Assembly: GCA_038046625.1 (NCBI GenBank)
Contig: JBBSVV010000004.1
Location: forward strand, 1-26,278
DNA length: 26,278 bases
Reading direction: 5' to 3'
From: an archaeon
Lineage (GTDB): Archaea > Iainarchaeota > Iainarchaeia > Iainarchaeales > Iainarchaeaceae
The position numbers and the translations under genes are program-made. The notes beneath the pieces are model-generated. The model was given only the letters and a program-made list of their open reading frames with translations. It had not been told where the DNA came from and made no database searches. Positions 1-8,514 of the stretch are shown one piece after another; the stretch's first letter is position 1; each line of letters begins with the position of its first letter.

Positions 1-71
1 TGGTTGTGTGTGAAAGCCCGAACATTGAGGAAGATGCTTTGCTTCTGCAGAAAACCTTTGAAAGGCTTTGA
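1..71 (+). CDS. 3' end of a probable endonuclease IV-like TIM-barrel protein (partial)
   Basis: Frame from nt 3 reads VVCESPNIEEDALLLQKTFERL* (TGA 69-71). The 'CESPNxEEDAL' segment resembles the C-terminus of archaeal Nfo/AP-endonuclease-2 proteins. Only 22 codons are visible. Confidence 0.55.
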   Translation, partial: VVCESPNIEEDALLLQKTFERL

Positions 72-119
72 ATGAATTGCTCCGAGAAAGCTTAAATCCT
101 TCATCCGGGTAAATTGTTT

Positions 120-911
120 ATGGCGGCAAGAGTTCCTTCTGTTGGCTTCGACATGCTAGTTTTTCCTAAAGTGCAGCGGGTTTCCGGGGTACTTCTGCAA
201 AATGCCTACGTTATTTACAGTAAAAGTTTTCCTGCAGACCAGCAATTGTCTTACAAGGAATTCGCTGATTTTTCCCATTTGCCCGGAGAGAAAACTTACC
301 TGGTTTTGGCCATAGAAAAGGGGGGCAAAAGAGTCGTTGCAGGAAGCTTTTTCGCTTATTTTCCAAAGACAAGCCACCTTCATTGCGGCTTAATGTATGT
401 CGACCCTTCGTGGCGTGGAAAGAGGATTGGCAATTCCTTTTTCAAGAGAGCCGAGCGCTCGTTGCTTTCAAGGCACAAAAATGCCGAGTATTTCACTTTG
501 CAGACGGAGTCCGCAATCAGATACCAGGAGGGGATTTCCCCTGAAAGAAGATTGGCCAATTTTAAGCGGGAGAGATTTTGGGAAAGGCTCGGCTTTCTGA
601 GGCTTAATGTTCCGCTTCCAACTGGCTCAATTAAAGGCTCCAATGCTTTTTGGGACTTGCGTGTCAAGACTTACGGGCATCGTGACCCAAATGAGTGGGC
701 AACCATCGAGAGAAAGCAGGCGGCTAGGCTTCTGATAGACATTAACAGGCTGAATCCGGGCCTCAGGCAAAAGACGGAGTTAGGGGTTTTCCTTTCTCCG
801 GATGCAAGGCGCCAAATTTTGAGAGAACTTGGGGCAAAACATGAATCGAGGGGCTTTTTGCTCGGGCCGCCTTTCAGGCTCAAGTCAGGCTCAAGAAATC
901 AACCAAGATGA
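120..911 (+). CDS. GNAT-family N-acetyltransferase, basic orphan-like
   Basis: Motif A 'MYVDPSWRGKRIGNSF' and motif B-like 'RFWERLGF'. ATG 120 lies ~25 nt downstream of TATA-like CTTAAAT (91-97). Confidence 0.75.
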   Translation: MAARVPSVGFDMLVFPKVQRVSGVLLQNAYVIYSKSFPADQQLSYKEFADFSHLPGEKTYLVLAIEKGGKRVVAGSFFAYFPKTSHLHCGLMYVDPSWRGKRIGNSFFKRAERSLLSRHKNAEYFTLQTESAIRYQEGISPERRLANFKRERFWERLGFLRLNVPLPTGSIKGSNAFWDLRVKTYGHRDPNEWATIERKQAARLLIDINRLNPGLRQKTELGVFLSPDARRQILRELGAKHESRGFLLGPPFRLKSGSRNQPR

Positions 912-953
912 AAAATCTGGGAAAAAGATTTGTGAAATTCTTTGCAGCTGCAT

Positions 954-1196
954 TCACGGTAGCTTCTTCACGAATATGCACGGCACCGGGCACGCGTCCG
1001 CGGCTTCCTGGTTTTGCGCGAGCTTTGCCTCGTCGACTATCTTGAATTCCTGCGTTCCATGCTCGCCCTGCTCCTTTCCCGAGCCAATCAAATGCGATTT
1101 GTCGCCTTCCATTACCCAGTCTTCGGGGTTGATTGCGGCGCATGCTCCGCATCCTATGCAGATTTCCTTGTGGTGCTCAATCTTGAATTTTGCCAT
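954..1196 (-). CDS. Monocluster ferredoxin
   Basis: CIGCGAC...ACPVPC motif in an 80 aa protein. SD-like GAGGTT upstream. Confidence 0.9.
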   Translation of the reverse strand: MAKFKIEHHKEICIGCGACAAINPEDWVMEGDKSHLIGSGKEQGEHGTQEFKIVDEAKLAQNQEAADACPVPCIFVKKLP

Positions 1197-1307
1197 CAGT
1201 TAAAACCTCTATAGTATATGTCCGCCCGATTCATTAAAGTTCATTCAAGCCTTATTTAAATGTTTCCGCAGCGTTAACGCCGTTAAGCCGATTTTTCGTC
1301 CATCCGC

Positions 1308-1393
1308 TTGATTTGCTATTCAACAACCCAAAAGGAATCCGCGTCATTCATGGTGCGGTCTTGCGGATTCCTTTTCCGTTGACGGCAAATTGA
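1308..1393. repeat. Long imperfect inverted repeat/hairpin overlapping the bcp 3' end
   Basis: Perfect 13-bp core AAAAGGAATCCGC (1330-1342) / GCGGATTCCTTTT (1363-1375), extended by TCAAC/GTTGA and ATTTGC/GCAAAT. Confidence 0.8.
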
Positions 1394-1842
1394 TATCCCT
1401 CAATTATTTCCTTTGTGTGCTCCGCGACATTCGGCTTTGAAATGATTTTTTTGATTGTGCCTTTTTCGTCTATGAGAAAGGTCGTGCGCGCAATTCCCAT
1501 GAATGTTTTGCCGTACATGCTTTTTTCCTTCCACGCGCCGTAAGCCTCGATAACTTTTCCTGTTTCATCGGAAAGTATTGGGAAAAAAAATTTGTATTTT
1601 TGCGCGAACTTTTTGTGCGAATCTATTGAATCCTTTGATATTCCATAAACGAGTATGCCATTCTTTTTGAGTTCCGCATAATTGTCGCGTATGTTGCACG
1701 CCTGTGCCGTGCAGCCCGGGGTATCATCCTTCGGGTAGAAGTATAAAGCAACTTTTTTTCCTTTCAATGAGGAAAGCTTCACAGTTTCATTGTTCTGGTC
1801 TTTGAGTGAAAAGTCCGGCGCCTTTTGCCCTTCTTGAATCAT
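1348..1842 (-). CDS. bcp: Peroxiredoxin Q / bacterioferritin comigratory protein
   Basis: 'YFYPKDDTPGCTAQAC' active-site motif and 'RTTFLIDEKG'. Confidence 0.95.
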   Translation of the reverse strand: MIQEGQKAPDFSLKDQNNETVKLSSLKGKKVALYFYPKDDTPGCTAQACNIRDNYAELKKNGILVYGISKDSIDSHKKFAQKYKFFFPILSDETGKVIEAYGAWKEKSMYGKTFMGIARTTFLIDEKGTIKKIISKPNVAEHTKEIIEGYQFAVNGKGIRKTAP

Positions 1843-1885
1843 AGGAACATTTCGGTATGCAAGTGGTTATAATGTTTTTTCCGCG

Positions 1886-2449
1886 TTAAGTTCCGGGCAG
1901 AACGCAGGGCTGTGAGGCGGAGCAGTTCTCCGGTTCATAATCAAAGCCCTCCGGAATCGGGCATTTCTCGGAGTAAATGCATGCCTCGTTTGTGATTGAA
2001 TTGAACATTTCCTGCGTGGGCTCTCCGGAACCGTAATAAATCAGAATCTTGTCCAAATCACTTGGCTTGTAGGCGCCGAATCCGGAATTTTCTTTTCCGT
2101 TCACGTACATCCCGAGCTTTTCGGATGCGTTCGAGCAATACTCGTTCGTTCCGTCATTGAAGCATTCGCTGTTGAATTTCATTCCTATGCTTGAAAAGAA
2201 TTCGTTCAAATCCGCGTTCCTGCTCTGGAAATGTATTACGCCCGGGTGAAAGTCATGCAGATGAACAAAAGGGTCGATTTCCTTGTATTCGGTGCTCATG
2301 TACTCGGCCTTGTTGAAGTCAACCATTTTCTCTTCAAGATAAACCCTGAAGTCCGTGTGCACATGGTAATCGCCCTCGCTGTCGGCAGTGCTGCCCTGTA
2401 TGCAGCCTGAAATGGCAAGGATGATTGCAAGCGCCGCGAGTGCCTTCAT
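1886..2449 (-). CDS. Putative lipoprotein with His-rich metal-binding motifs
   Basis: Signal peptide plus lipobox LAISGC. Contains HVH, HLHD and IH motifs and several paired cysteines. TTAAAA box ~27 nt upstream. Confidence 0.75.
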   Translation of the reverse strand: MKALAALAIILAISGCIQGSTADSEGDYHVHTDFRVYLEEKMVDFNKAEYMSTEYKEIDPFVHLHDFHPGVIHFQSRNADLNEFFSSIGMKFNSECFNDGTNEYCSNASEKLGMYVNGKENSGFGAYKPSDLDKILIYYGSGEPTQEMFNSITNEACIYSEKCPIPEGFDYEPENCSASQPCVLPGT

Positions 2450-2550
2450 GCTATTTGTTGGCTCGGAAAACCATTTTAACCCTGAGGGTTCTTCGCGGTT
2501 TTTCCCCGTGGGCTGGTTACCTATAAATATTGGGTTGTGGCAATTCAGTT

Positions 2551-2982
2551 ATGCGTCAGCAATTAATCGCGCTCGCGTTCATTTCGCTTTTTCCGCTCGC
2601 CTTTTCGGCAGCCTGCGCCTCGGATTCGCAGTGCGCGGAAACGCAGCAGTGCGTGGGCGGCGCATGTGCCGAGCTCCGCTGCGAAAGTGGCGAGGCTGTG
2701 TCAAACCATGCGTGTGTGCAGGTAAAAGCCGGGTTTGCGTCCGCGCAGCTCAAAAGGATTATTGAAGCGCCGCCGCAGATTCTTGTTGCGGGGCTCTTTT
2801 CGGGCTTGCTTTTCATGGCGGTGTTTGCGGTGTTCATTTCCGCTTCGGTAAAAAAGGGGCCGGTTGAGGACGCGCCGAAAGAGCCCCCGAAAATCGCGGA
2901 AGAGGTTGTTGTGGAGTCGCGCAGGAAAAAAATTGAGCGCCTCAAGAACAGGCTTTCACCGGAAAACAAGGAGCAAAAATAA
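2551..2982 (+). CDS. Single-pass membrane protein with Cys-rich ectodomain
   Basis: Signal peptide, 6-Cys module (CASDSQC...QCVGGAC...C...C), one TM helix and a charged tail. TATAAA at 2522-2527 supports ATG 2551. Confidence 0.75.
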   Translation: MRQQLIALAFISLFPLAFSAACASDSQCAETQQCVGGACAELRCESGEAVSNHACVQVKAGFASAQLKRIIEAPPQILVAGLFSGLLFMAVFAVFISASVKKGPVEDAPKEPPKIAEEVVVESRRKKIERLKNRLSPENKEQK

Positions 2983-3007
2983 CTCCCGCAAAAAACTTGT
3001 TTTTGTT

Positions 3008-4501
3008 TTACTGCCTGCCGCTGTTCGGTAGAACGCGCGAGTAATGCAGGAGCTTGCGCAGCGCCCTTAACGCTTTTGTGAACGGGGCATAAGCAAACAC
3101 CGCAAACAAAATCACGGCAACGGCAAGGCGCCCGTAAGGGACCTGTATGCCGAGTGCCGGAACCGCCTTGTACAGCTGCATTGTTATCCACGCGAGGCAA
3201 ATAACCAGGAGGATGTTCTTTGCGAGGCTCTTGAGCCAGTTGATTGATTCCGGCGTGTGCTCCTGTATGTGCTGCTTCTGGATGCGCGGTGCGAGAGCGG
3301 GAATCATTGCGGTTATTTTGTCGTGGAGCTCAAGCCTGCTGTAGAGCGGCTGGAACAAAAGCAAAGTGATTAATATAATGAGGAACGCGACCGGCGCGAG
3401 CACAAGGGCTTCCGATGCCGCGAGCAGCGGCAGGATTGATATTGCTATGATGATTACGAATTCCCCCAAAGGGCTTAGTAGTATCGCCATTTGGCTTGAT
3501 TCGCGGTTCGTTATTCCGAATACCGGCCCGAAAACCGTGAGTATTATGGCGTGCACGATAATGCTCGCAATCCCCAGGATTCCGGCAAGGGTTACCAGGC
3601 CGATGAACTCCGAGAGTGTTGGTATCTGGGCCGCCGTTATTTCGGTGTTGTAGAAGAGGCTCGCGCCGAACGCAACGAAAAAGAACAGCAGGAAAAAGTC
3701 GCGTGAAAAATTTATTTGGCTCTTGACTTTCTGCCCCACTGAAAGCTCGGAAAGCGCGAAGCCCGCGAAGTACGCTCCGAGCGCGGGTGAGAGGCCCAAA
3801 AAGCTTCCGGCTGTCGCGACAAGCAGTCCTACGGAGAGCGCATACAATGTGAGTTCCGTGGTCCCGAGCTCTTTTGCGAAGCGCTGCTCGATTGCCTTTG
3901 AAAGCTCGTGCACCACAAAGAAGCTCACCCCCGCAAACACTATGGCCGTCAATCCGAGTTCAATTGCCGAACCGGATGACGCAAAGCTTGAAATGAATAC
4001 CAGCACGAGAATTCCGAGGAAGTCCTGCAGTATGAGCACAGCGAGCGCCATTTGTACGGGCTTGTCCCTTATCAGGCCCCTGTCCAAAATGAATTTTCCA
4101 ACTATTGCGGAGCTGGTTGAAAAAAGCATGAGGCCCACTGCCGCGGAGAAGAGGAACGAGAATCCCGCGAGCGAGGCGATTGCAAAACCTACTAATGCGC
4201 ATGCAATCATGTCCGCTAGGGCCAGGCCGAGTGTTGAGGTTCCTGATTTCACGAAGTCCCTGAATGAAAGCTCTATGCCGAGGTAGAACAGCAAAACGAA
4301 CAGCCCTAATTCTGAGAACCCCTTTACGAGCACGTCTTCCGCGCCGAGGAACTGGAGTCCTGCGGGGCCGAGCACAAACCCCGCGAGTATAAAACCCAGC
4401 ACGGGATTCTGGCCGAAGCGCTTGCACAGCATGCTCAGCACGAGACCGAAAACGAGTATTACTCCTATCGTCTGCAGCGGAATTGTGGCGGGATCAATCA
4501 T
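3008..4501 (-). CDS. CPA2-family cation:proton antiporter (KefB/NapA-like)
   Basis: Motifs 'LGFILAGFVLGP', 'ELGLFVLLFYLGIE', 'VLILQD', 'LGAYFAG' and 'PLGEF'. Start taken at MIDP (4501), with a TTTTTATT box ~27 nt upstream. The longer ORF extension runs over the sRNA and alkD. Confidence 0.9.
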   Translation of the reverse strand: MIDPATIPLQTIGVILVFGLVLSMLCKRFGQNPVLGFILAGFVLGPAGLQFLGAEDVLVKGFSELGLFVLLFYLGIELSFRDFVKSGTSTLGLALADMIACALVGFAIASLAGFSFLFSAAVGLMLFSTSSAIVGKFILDRGLIRDKPVQMALAVLILQDFLGILVLVFISSFASSGSAIELGLTAIVFAGVSFFVVHELSKAIEQRFAKELGTTELTLYALSVGLLVATAGSFLGLSPALGAYFAGFALSELSVGQKVKSQINFSRDFFLLFFFVAFGASLFYNTEITAAQIPTLSEFIGLVTLAGILGIASIIVHAIILTVFGPVFGITNRESSQMAILLSPLGEFVIIIAISILPLLAASEALVLAPVAFLIILITLLLFQPLYSRLELHDKITAMIPALAPRIQKQHIQEHTPESINWLKSLAKNILLVICLAWITMQLYKAVPALGIQVPYGRLAVAVILFAVFAYAPFTKALRALRKLLHYSRVLPNSGRQ

Positions 4502-4565
4502 GCATCTAAATAAGTTTTTTCTGGAATAAAAAGCTTTGGAAACGCGCTTTTGCCGCGCAGAATAG

Positions 4566-4578
4566 TTTTTCTTAAAAA
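4566..4578 (+). promoter_or_regulatory. Putative TATA box for the C/D sRNA
   Basis: TTTTTCTTAAAAA ends ~22 nt before the predicted RNA 5' end at 4601. Confidence 0.5.
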
Positions 4579-4600
4579 CACTCCAGTTCCCATTAATAAC

Positions 4601-4670
4601 GGCCGATGATGACCTGACGATGATTCTGATTCCATTCAGGAAAATGAGGACAGATGGGCGGACTGAGGCT
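4601..4670 (+). ncRNA. Box C/D methylation-guide sRNA
   Basis: Terminal stem GGCC/GGCT. C box ATGATGA 4606-4612, 13-nt guide, D' CTGA 4626-4629, hairpin TTCC-ATTCA-GGAA, C' ATGAGGA 4644-4650, 12-nt guide, D CTGA 4663-4666, then a T-rich tract. Confidence 0.85.
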
Positions 4671-4699
4671 TTTGTTTTAATTCGGTTTTGGGTGTTCTG

Positions 4700-5398
4700 A
4701 TGCTTGCGGCGCAAAAGGAGCTTCGTTCCTTTGGGGACAAGTCTAAAGGGGAGTTTCTCCGGCGTTTTTTCAAAACGGGAAAGGGCGAGTATGCCCATGG
4801 CGACGTTTTTCTTGGAATAACCGTTCCGCAAACGCGTGCGGTCGCGAAAAAATATTCCGGGATTCCGCTAAGTGATGTGCAGAAGATTATTTCCTCGAAG
4901 TTCCATGAGGAGCGGCTGCTTGCGCTTTTGATTCTGGTGCAGAAATTCTCCACGGGAAATGAATTGGAAAGGAAAATTATCTTTGATTTTTATTTTGATA
5001 ACATGCGTTTCGTGAACAACTGGGATCTCGTTGACTTGAGCGCGGGCAAGATTGTGGGCGAGTATTTGCGCGGCAAGGAAAAGGCGATGCTCCGTGACCT
5101 TGCGTGCTCCGGAAATTTGTGGGAGAGGCGCATCGCAATCGTTTCGACTTTCGATTTCATAAAAAAGAATTCCTTCGAGGAGGCATTCGCGGTTTCGGAG
5201 TTGCTCCTGAACGACAAACATGACTTGATTCACAAGGCAGTGGGCTGGATGCTCCGCGAGGCGGGAAAGCGTGACCAAAAGGCTGAGGAGCGCTTCCTTG
5301 AGAAGAATTGCAAAAAAATGCCGCGCACGATGCTCCGCTACGCTATCGAGAGGTTCCCTGAAAAGAAGCGCAAAGCCTACCTTGCGGGCAAAATTTGA
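4700..5398 (+). CDS. alkD: DNA alkylation repair protein (AlkD-like HEAT-repeat glycosylase)
   Basis: 'FFKTGKGEY', '[10 protein letters not shown]', '[17 protein letters not shown]' and '[11 protein letters not shown]'. Confidence 0.88.
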   Translation: MLAAQKELRSFGDKSKGEFLRRFFKTGKGEYAHGDVFLGITVPQTRAVAKKYSGIPLSDVQKIISSKFHEERLLALLILVQKFSTGNELERKIIFDFYFDNMRFVNNWDLVDLSAGKIVGEYLRGKEKAMLRDLACSGNLWERRIAIVSTFDFIKKNSFEEAFAVSELLLNDKHDLIHKAVGWMLREAGKRDQKAEERFLEKNCKKMPRTMLRYAIERFPEKKRKAYLAGKI

Positions 5399-5453
5399 AC
5401 GGCTTTTGCGGTTTGATTATAAAGTTTTTCAGGCTATTTGTTGTCTGGTTCCG

Positions 5454-7142
5454 ATGGCTAAAATCGTTCTTAACGAAAGGAGTTCCCGCATCACTGGTGG
5501 CGACAAGAGGGCGCCGAACAGAGCCATGCTCCGCGCCGTGGGTTTCAACGATTCTGATTTCTCAAAGCCGATAATAGGCGTTGCGAGCACCTGGAGTGAA
5601 ATTACGCCATGCAATGCGCACATAGACAAGCTTGTGCTGAGGGCAAAGCAGGGCGCCGAGGAAGCAGGTTCGAAGGCGCAGATTTTCGGCACCATTACTG
5701 TTTCAGACGGGATTTCAATGGGGACAGAAGGAATGAAGTATTCGCTCGTTTCAAGGGAAGTGATTGCGGATTCGATTGAGGTTGTTTCGAACGCGCAGTC
5801 ATTTGACGGCCTCATTGCGGTCGGCGGCTGTGACAAGAACATGCCCGGGTGTTTGATTGCAATGGCAAGGTTGAACATTCCAAGCATTTTCGTTTACGGC
5901 GGAACAATAAAGCCGGGCAATTACAATGGGAAGGATGTGGACATTGTGAGCATTTTCGAGGCGGTTGGAAGCTACAGCGCGGGCAAAATTTCGAAGCACG
6001 ATTTTCACGGGATAGAATGCCACGCGTGCCCCGGGCACGGGAGCTGCGGCGGAATGTACACCGCAAACACAATGGCATCGGCAATTGAAGCGCTCGGAAT
6101 GAGCCTGCCAGGTTCGGCCTCAAATCCCGCGGAAAGCGAGGATAAGAGGAGTGATACTTTTGAAGCCGGAAAGGCCGTTGTTTCGCTTTTGAAAAGCAAC
6201 ATAAGGCCGAAGGACATCATGACTAAGAGTGCTTTCGAGAACGCGATTACCGTTGTCATGGCTCTCGGCGGTTCCACCAATTCGGTTTTGCATTTGATTG
6301 CAATCGCAAAAACTCTCGAGGTTCCGCTTTCAATTGGTGATTTTGACAGGATTTCGAAAAAAGTGCCGCACATAGCTGATTTGAAGCCTTCAGGCAAATT
6401 TGTGATGGCTGACCTTGACAAGGTTGGCGGTTCCGCGGCCGTGATGAAGGTTCTTTTGGATGTGGGTTTGCTGCACGGCGGCTGCATGACGGTTACGGGC
6501 AAAACAATGGCCGAGAATCTCAAAAATGCGCCGAAGCTCACTGACCACAATGAAATAATCAGGAGCCTCAGGGAGCCGTTGCGCAAAACCGGCCCGTTGG
6601 TTATTCTGCGCGGCAATCTTGCTCCGGAGGGTGCGGTTGCAAAGGTTTCGGGCCTGAAAAGAACTTCAATTACCGGGCCTGCAAAAATATTTGAATCTGA
6701 GGAGGCGTGTTTGGATGCGATTCTCGGAAAAAAAATTGTTGCGGGCGATGTGATTGTTATTCGCTATGAGGGCCCCAAGGGCGGGCCGGGCATGCGGGAA
6801 ATGCTCGCGCCCACTTCCGCATTGATAGGCGAGGGCTTTTTGGACAGCGTTGGGCTGATTACGGACGGCAGGTTTTCCGGCGGAACTCATGGAATGGTTG
6901 TGGGCCATGTCTGCCCCGAGGCACAGGTAGGGGGCCCGATTGCCGTGCTGAGGGAAGGGGATTTGGTTACGATTGATGCTGATAAGCAGGAGCTTTCAGT
7001 GAAATTGAGTGACGCAGAAATAAAGAAGCGGCTGGCGGCTTGGAAAGCGCCTTCCCTCAAGTACAAGGGTGTTTTGCGCAAGTATGCGAGGCACGTGCTT
7101 TCCGCGAGCGAGGGCGCCATAACGGATTTTGAGGAAAAATAG
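5454..7142 (+). CDS. ilvD: Dihydroxy-acid dehydratase
   Basis: 'TPCN', 'GGCDKNMPG', '[12 protein letters not shown]', '[13 protein letters not shown]' and 'TDGRFSGG'. Start taken at ATG 5454 (MAKIVL). Confidence 0.97.
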   Translation: MAKIVLNERSSRITGGDKRAPNRAMLRAVGFNDSDFSKPIIGVASTWSEITPCNAHIDKLVLRAKQGAEEAGSKAQIFGTITVSDGISMGTEGMKYSLVSREVIADSIEVVSNAQSFDGLIAVGGCDKNMPGCLIAMARLNIPSIFVYGGTIKPGNYNGKDVDIVSIFEAVGSYSAGKISKHDFHGIECHACPGHGSCGGMYTANTMASAIEALGMSLPGSASNPAESEDKRSDTFEAGKAVVSLLKSNIRPKDIMTKSAFENAITVVMALGGSTNSVLHLIAIAKTLEVPLSIGDFDRISKKVPHIADLKPSGKFVMADLDKVGGSAAVMKVLLDVGLLHGGCMTVTGKTMAENLKNAPKLTDHNEIIRSLREPLRKTGPLVILRGNLAPEGAVAKVSGLKRTSITGPAKIFESEEACLDAILGKKIVAGDVIVIRYEGPKGGPGMREMLAPTSALIGEGFLDSVGLITDGRFSGGTHGMVVGHVCPEAQVGGPIAVLREGDLVTIDADKQELSVKLSDAEIKKRLAAWKAPSLKYKGVLRKYARHVLSASEGAITDFEEK

Positions 7143-7181
7143 CCCGAAAACCCCGTTAAAACGCGTTCTTTTGTGCATTCT

Positions 7182-7189
7182 TTTATAAA
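7182..7189 (+). promoter_or_regulatory. TATA box of the histone gene
   Basis: TTTATAAA ~60 nt upstream of ATG 7250. SD GGAGG at 7237-7241. Confidence 0.55.
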
Positions 7190-7249
7190 TGTTTTTTCGC
7201 TGTTTTAATCAGTTTTTCCATTAGGAAAACGTTTTTGGAGGATGGTAAA

Positions 7250-7426
7250 ATGGCAGATTCATTGGTTGTAGGATCAAAGGTAAAGGACGCGATTAAGTCG
7301 GCGGGATGCAATACCGCGGGCGATGCTGTTGATGCCTTGAGCGACGTTGTTGCCTGGCACATCAAGAAGGCCGCGGAAAGGGCGAAGGCAAACGGCAGAA
7401 AAACCGTGCGCGGAATTGACTTTTGA
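7250..7426 (+). CDS. Short histone-fold protein with truncated alpha3 (DUF1931 / face-to-face or bacterial-type histone)
   Basis: 58 aa MADSLVVGSKVKDAIK...KAAERAKANGRKTVRGIDF with the RxTxxxxD histone motif. It has its own TATA box, SD and downstream T-tract. Confidence 0.9.
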   Translation: MADSLVVGSKVKDAIKSAGCNTAGDAVDALSDVVAWHIKKAAERAKANGRKTVRGIDF

Positions 7427-7438
7427 GGTTTGAAGGAA

Positions 7439-7471
7439 ATTTTTTTTCCTTCACTCTTTTTCTTTTTATTT
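7439..7471 (+). terminator. Oligo-T archaeal terminator after the histone gene
   Basis: T9 run followed by further T5-T6 runs right after the stop codon. Confidence 0.55.
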
Positions 7472-7487
7472 TGGCTGGCGCCCCTGT

Positions 7488-7796
7488 ATGAACGATTTCA
7501 TCAAGAAAGCGATTTCAATCGCTTTGGGAATTATTTTAGCCTTCCTCGGGCTCTGGGCGGCCATGGGAATTTATTTTTCCATTATCGTTCCGGTCGATAT
7601 TGTTGAGGGGGCTTATGCCAAAAGCATGACTATCATTTATTTGCTGCCTTCACTTGTTTTCGGCATCATTGCCTTTGCTGCTTGGAAGAAAAAAATGGTA
7701 AGCAAGGATTTGGATGTTGTAACTATTTTTCTGGTTGCTGCGCTCATCTCGTTTTCTTTTGTTGTTCTTGGGTCTTTGCCGACCGTTACTAACTGA
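7488..7796 (+). CDS. Small hypothetical membrane protein (3 TM)
   Basis: Three hydrophobic segments in 102 aa. No recognisable family. Confidence 0.7.
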   Translation: MNDFIKKAISIALGIILAFLGLWAAMGIYFSIIVPVDIVEGAYAKSMTIIYLLPSLVFGIIAFAAWKKKMVSKDLDVVTIFLVAALISFSFVVLGSLPTVTN

Positions 7797-8472
7797 TTTC
7801 AACCAGTTTTTTCGTGCTTTTCGAGAGCACCCTGTAACCGTTTTTCGTCACCAGCACATCATCCTCTATCCTTATCCCAAGTTTTTTCGGAATGTAAACC
7901 CCTGGCTCTATCGTGATGATATCTCCTTCGCGGAGGAAGTGCATTTTTTTGCGCGCAAGCCTCGGCTTTGCGTGGATTATTTTCTTCAATCCGTGCCCTA
8001 ATCCATGGCCGAAGTATTTCGCGTAACCTCCAAGCAATTTCCGTGCGAGGAAATAAATTTTGTTCCCGCTCGCGCCGCCCTTTACTTTGGTTATGCACGC
8101 TTTGTTCGCCTTCAGGACCTTGTCGTAAATTTTCTTCTCCAACGGGCCTGCCTTTCCGAAGTGAATCGTCCTTGTCATGTCGGAGCAATAATGATTGAAG
8201 CGCGCGCCGAAATCGATTACACAGAAGCCCTTTGTGAGCTTTGTGTTTGTGGGTTTGTGGTGCCAGTCTACTGCATTTGCTCCTATTGCCACAATCGGCG
8301 GGAACGCGAGCCCCGCGCCGGCTTTCCAGATTTCATTTTTGATGAAGCGCGAGACGTCGCGCTCTGTACTGAATTCCCCTTTCTTTGCTTTTTTGAGTAT
8401 TGCGGAAAATATTTTGTCGTTCAATGCGCAGCCGCGCATGATTGCCGCGAGCTTTTTGTGGTCTTCATTCAT
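7789..8472 (-). CDS. M24 (Xaa-Pro) metallopeptidase, catalytic domain only
   Basis: Metal ligands IDFG, SDMTRT, GHGLGHG, TIEPG and RIEDD are all present. ATG 8472 chosen as start. Confidence 0.9.
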   Translation of the reverse strand: MNEDHKKLAAIMRGCALNDKIFSAILKKAKKGEFSTERDVSRFIKNEIWKAGAGLAFPPIVAIGANAVDWHHKPTNTKLTKGFCVIDFGARFNHYCSDMTRTIHFGKAGPLEKKIYDKVLKANKACITKVKGGASGNKIYFLARKLLGGYAKYFGHGLGHGLKKIIHAKPRLARKKMHFLREGDIITIEPGVYIPKKLGIRIEDDVLVTKNGYRVLSKSTKKLVEIS

Positions 8473-8514
8473 GTGCAAAACCAAAACTTGCTTATTTAAC
8501 TTTCCTAATTTTTG

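Noticed and set aside
1271..1280. Palindromes GCGTTAACGC (1271-1280) and TTAACGTTAA (~12075) as a shared operator
   Set aside because: They are short, share only a GTTAA core, and overlap plausible TATA elements. Chance cannot be excluded.
1340..1360. Selenocysteine recoding of the bcp TGA inside the hairpin
   Set aside because: The catalytic cysteines are already normal Cys codons, the read-through peptide is not meaningful, and no archaeal SECIS pattern was seen.
2556..3200. 214-aa minus-strand ORF and other long antisense ORFs in the track
   Set aside because: They overlap better-supported genes and have no family motifs.
4502..4831. 110-aa N-terminal extension of the antiporter ORF
   Set aside because: It overlaps alkD and the C/D sRNA on the opposite strand. 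CPA2 similarity and a TATA box support the start at 4501.
5271..5453. N-terminal extension of ilvD from GTG 5271
   Set aside because: It overlaps alkD and is not IlvD-like. ATG 5454 fits the family.
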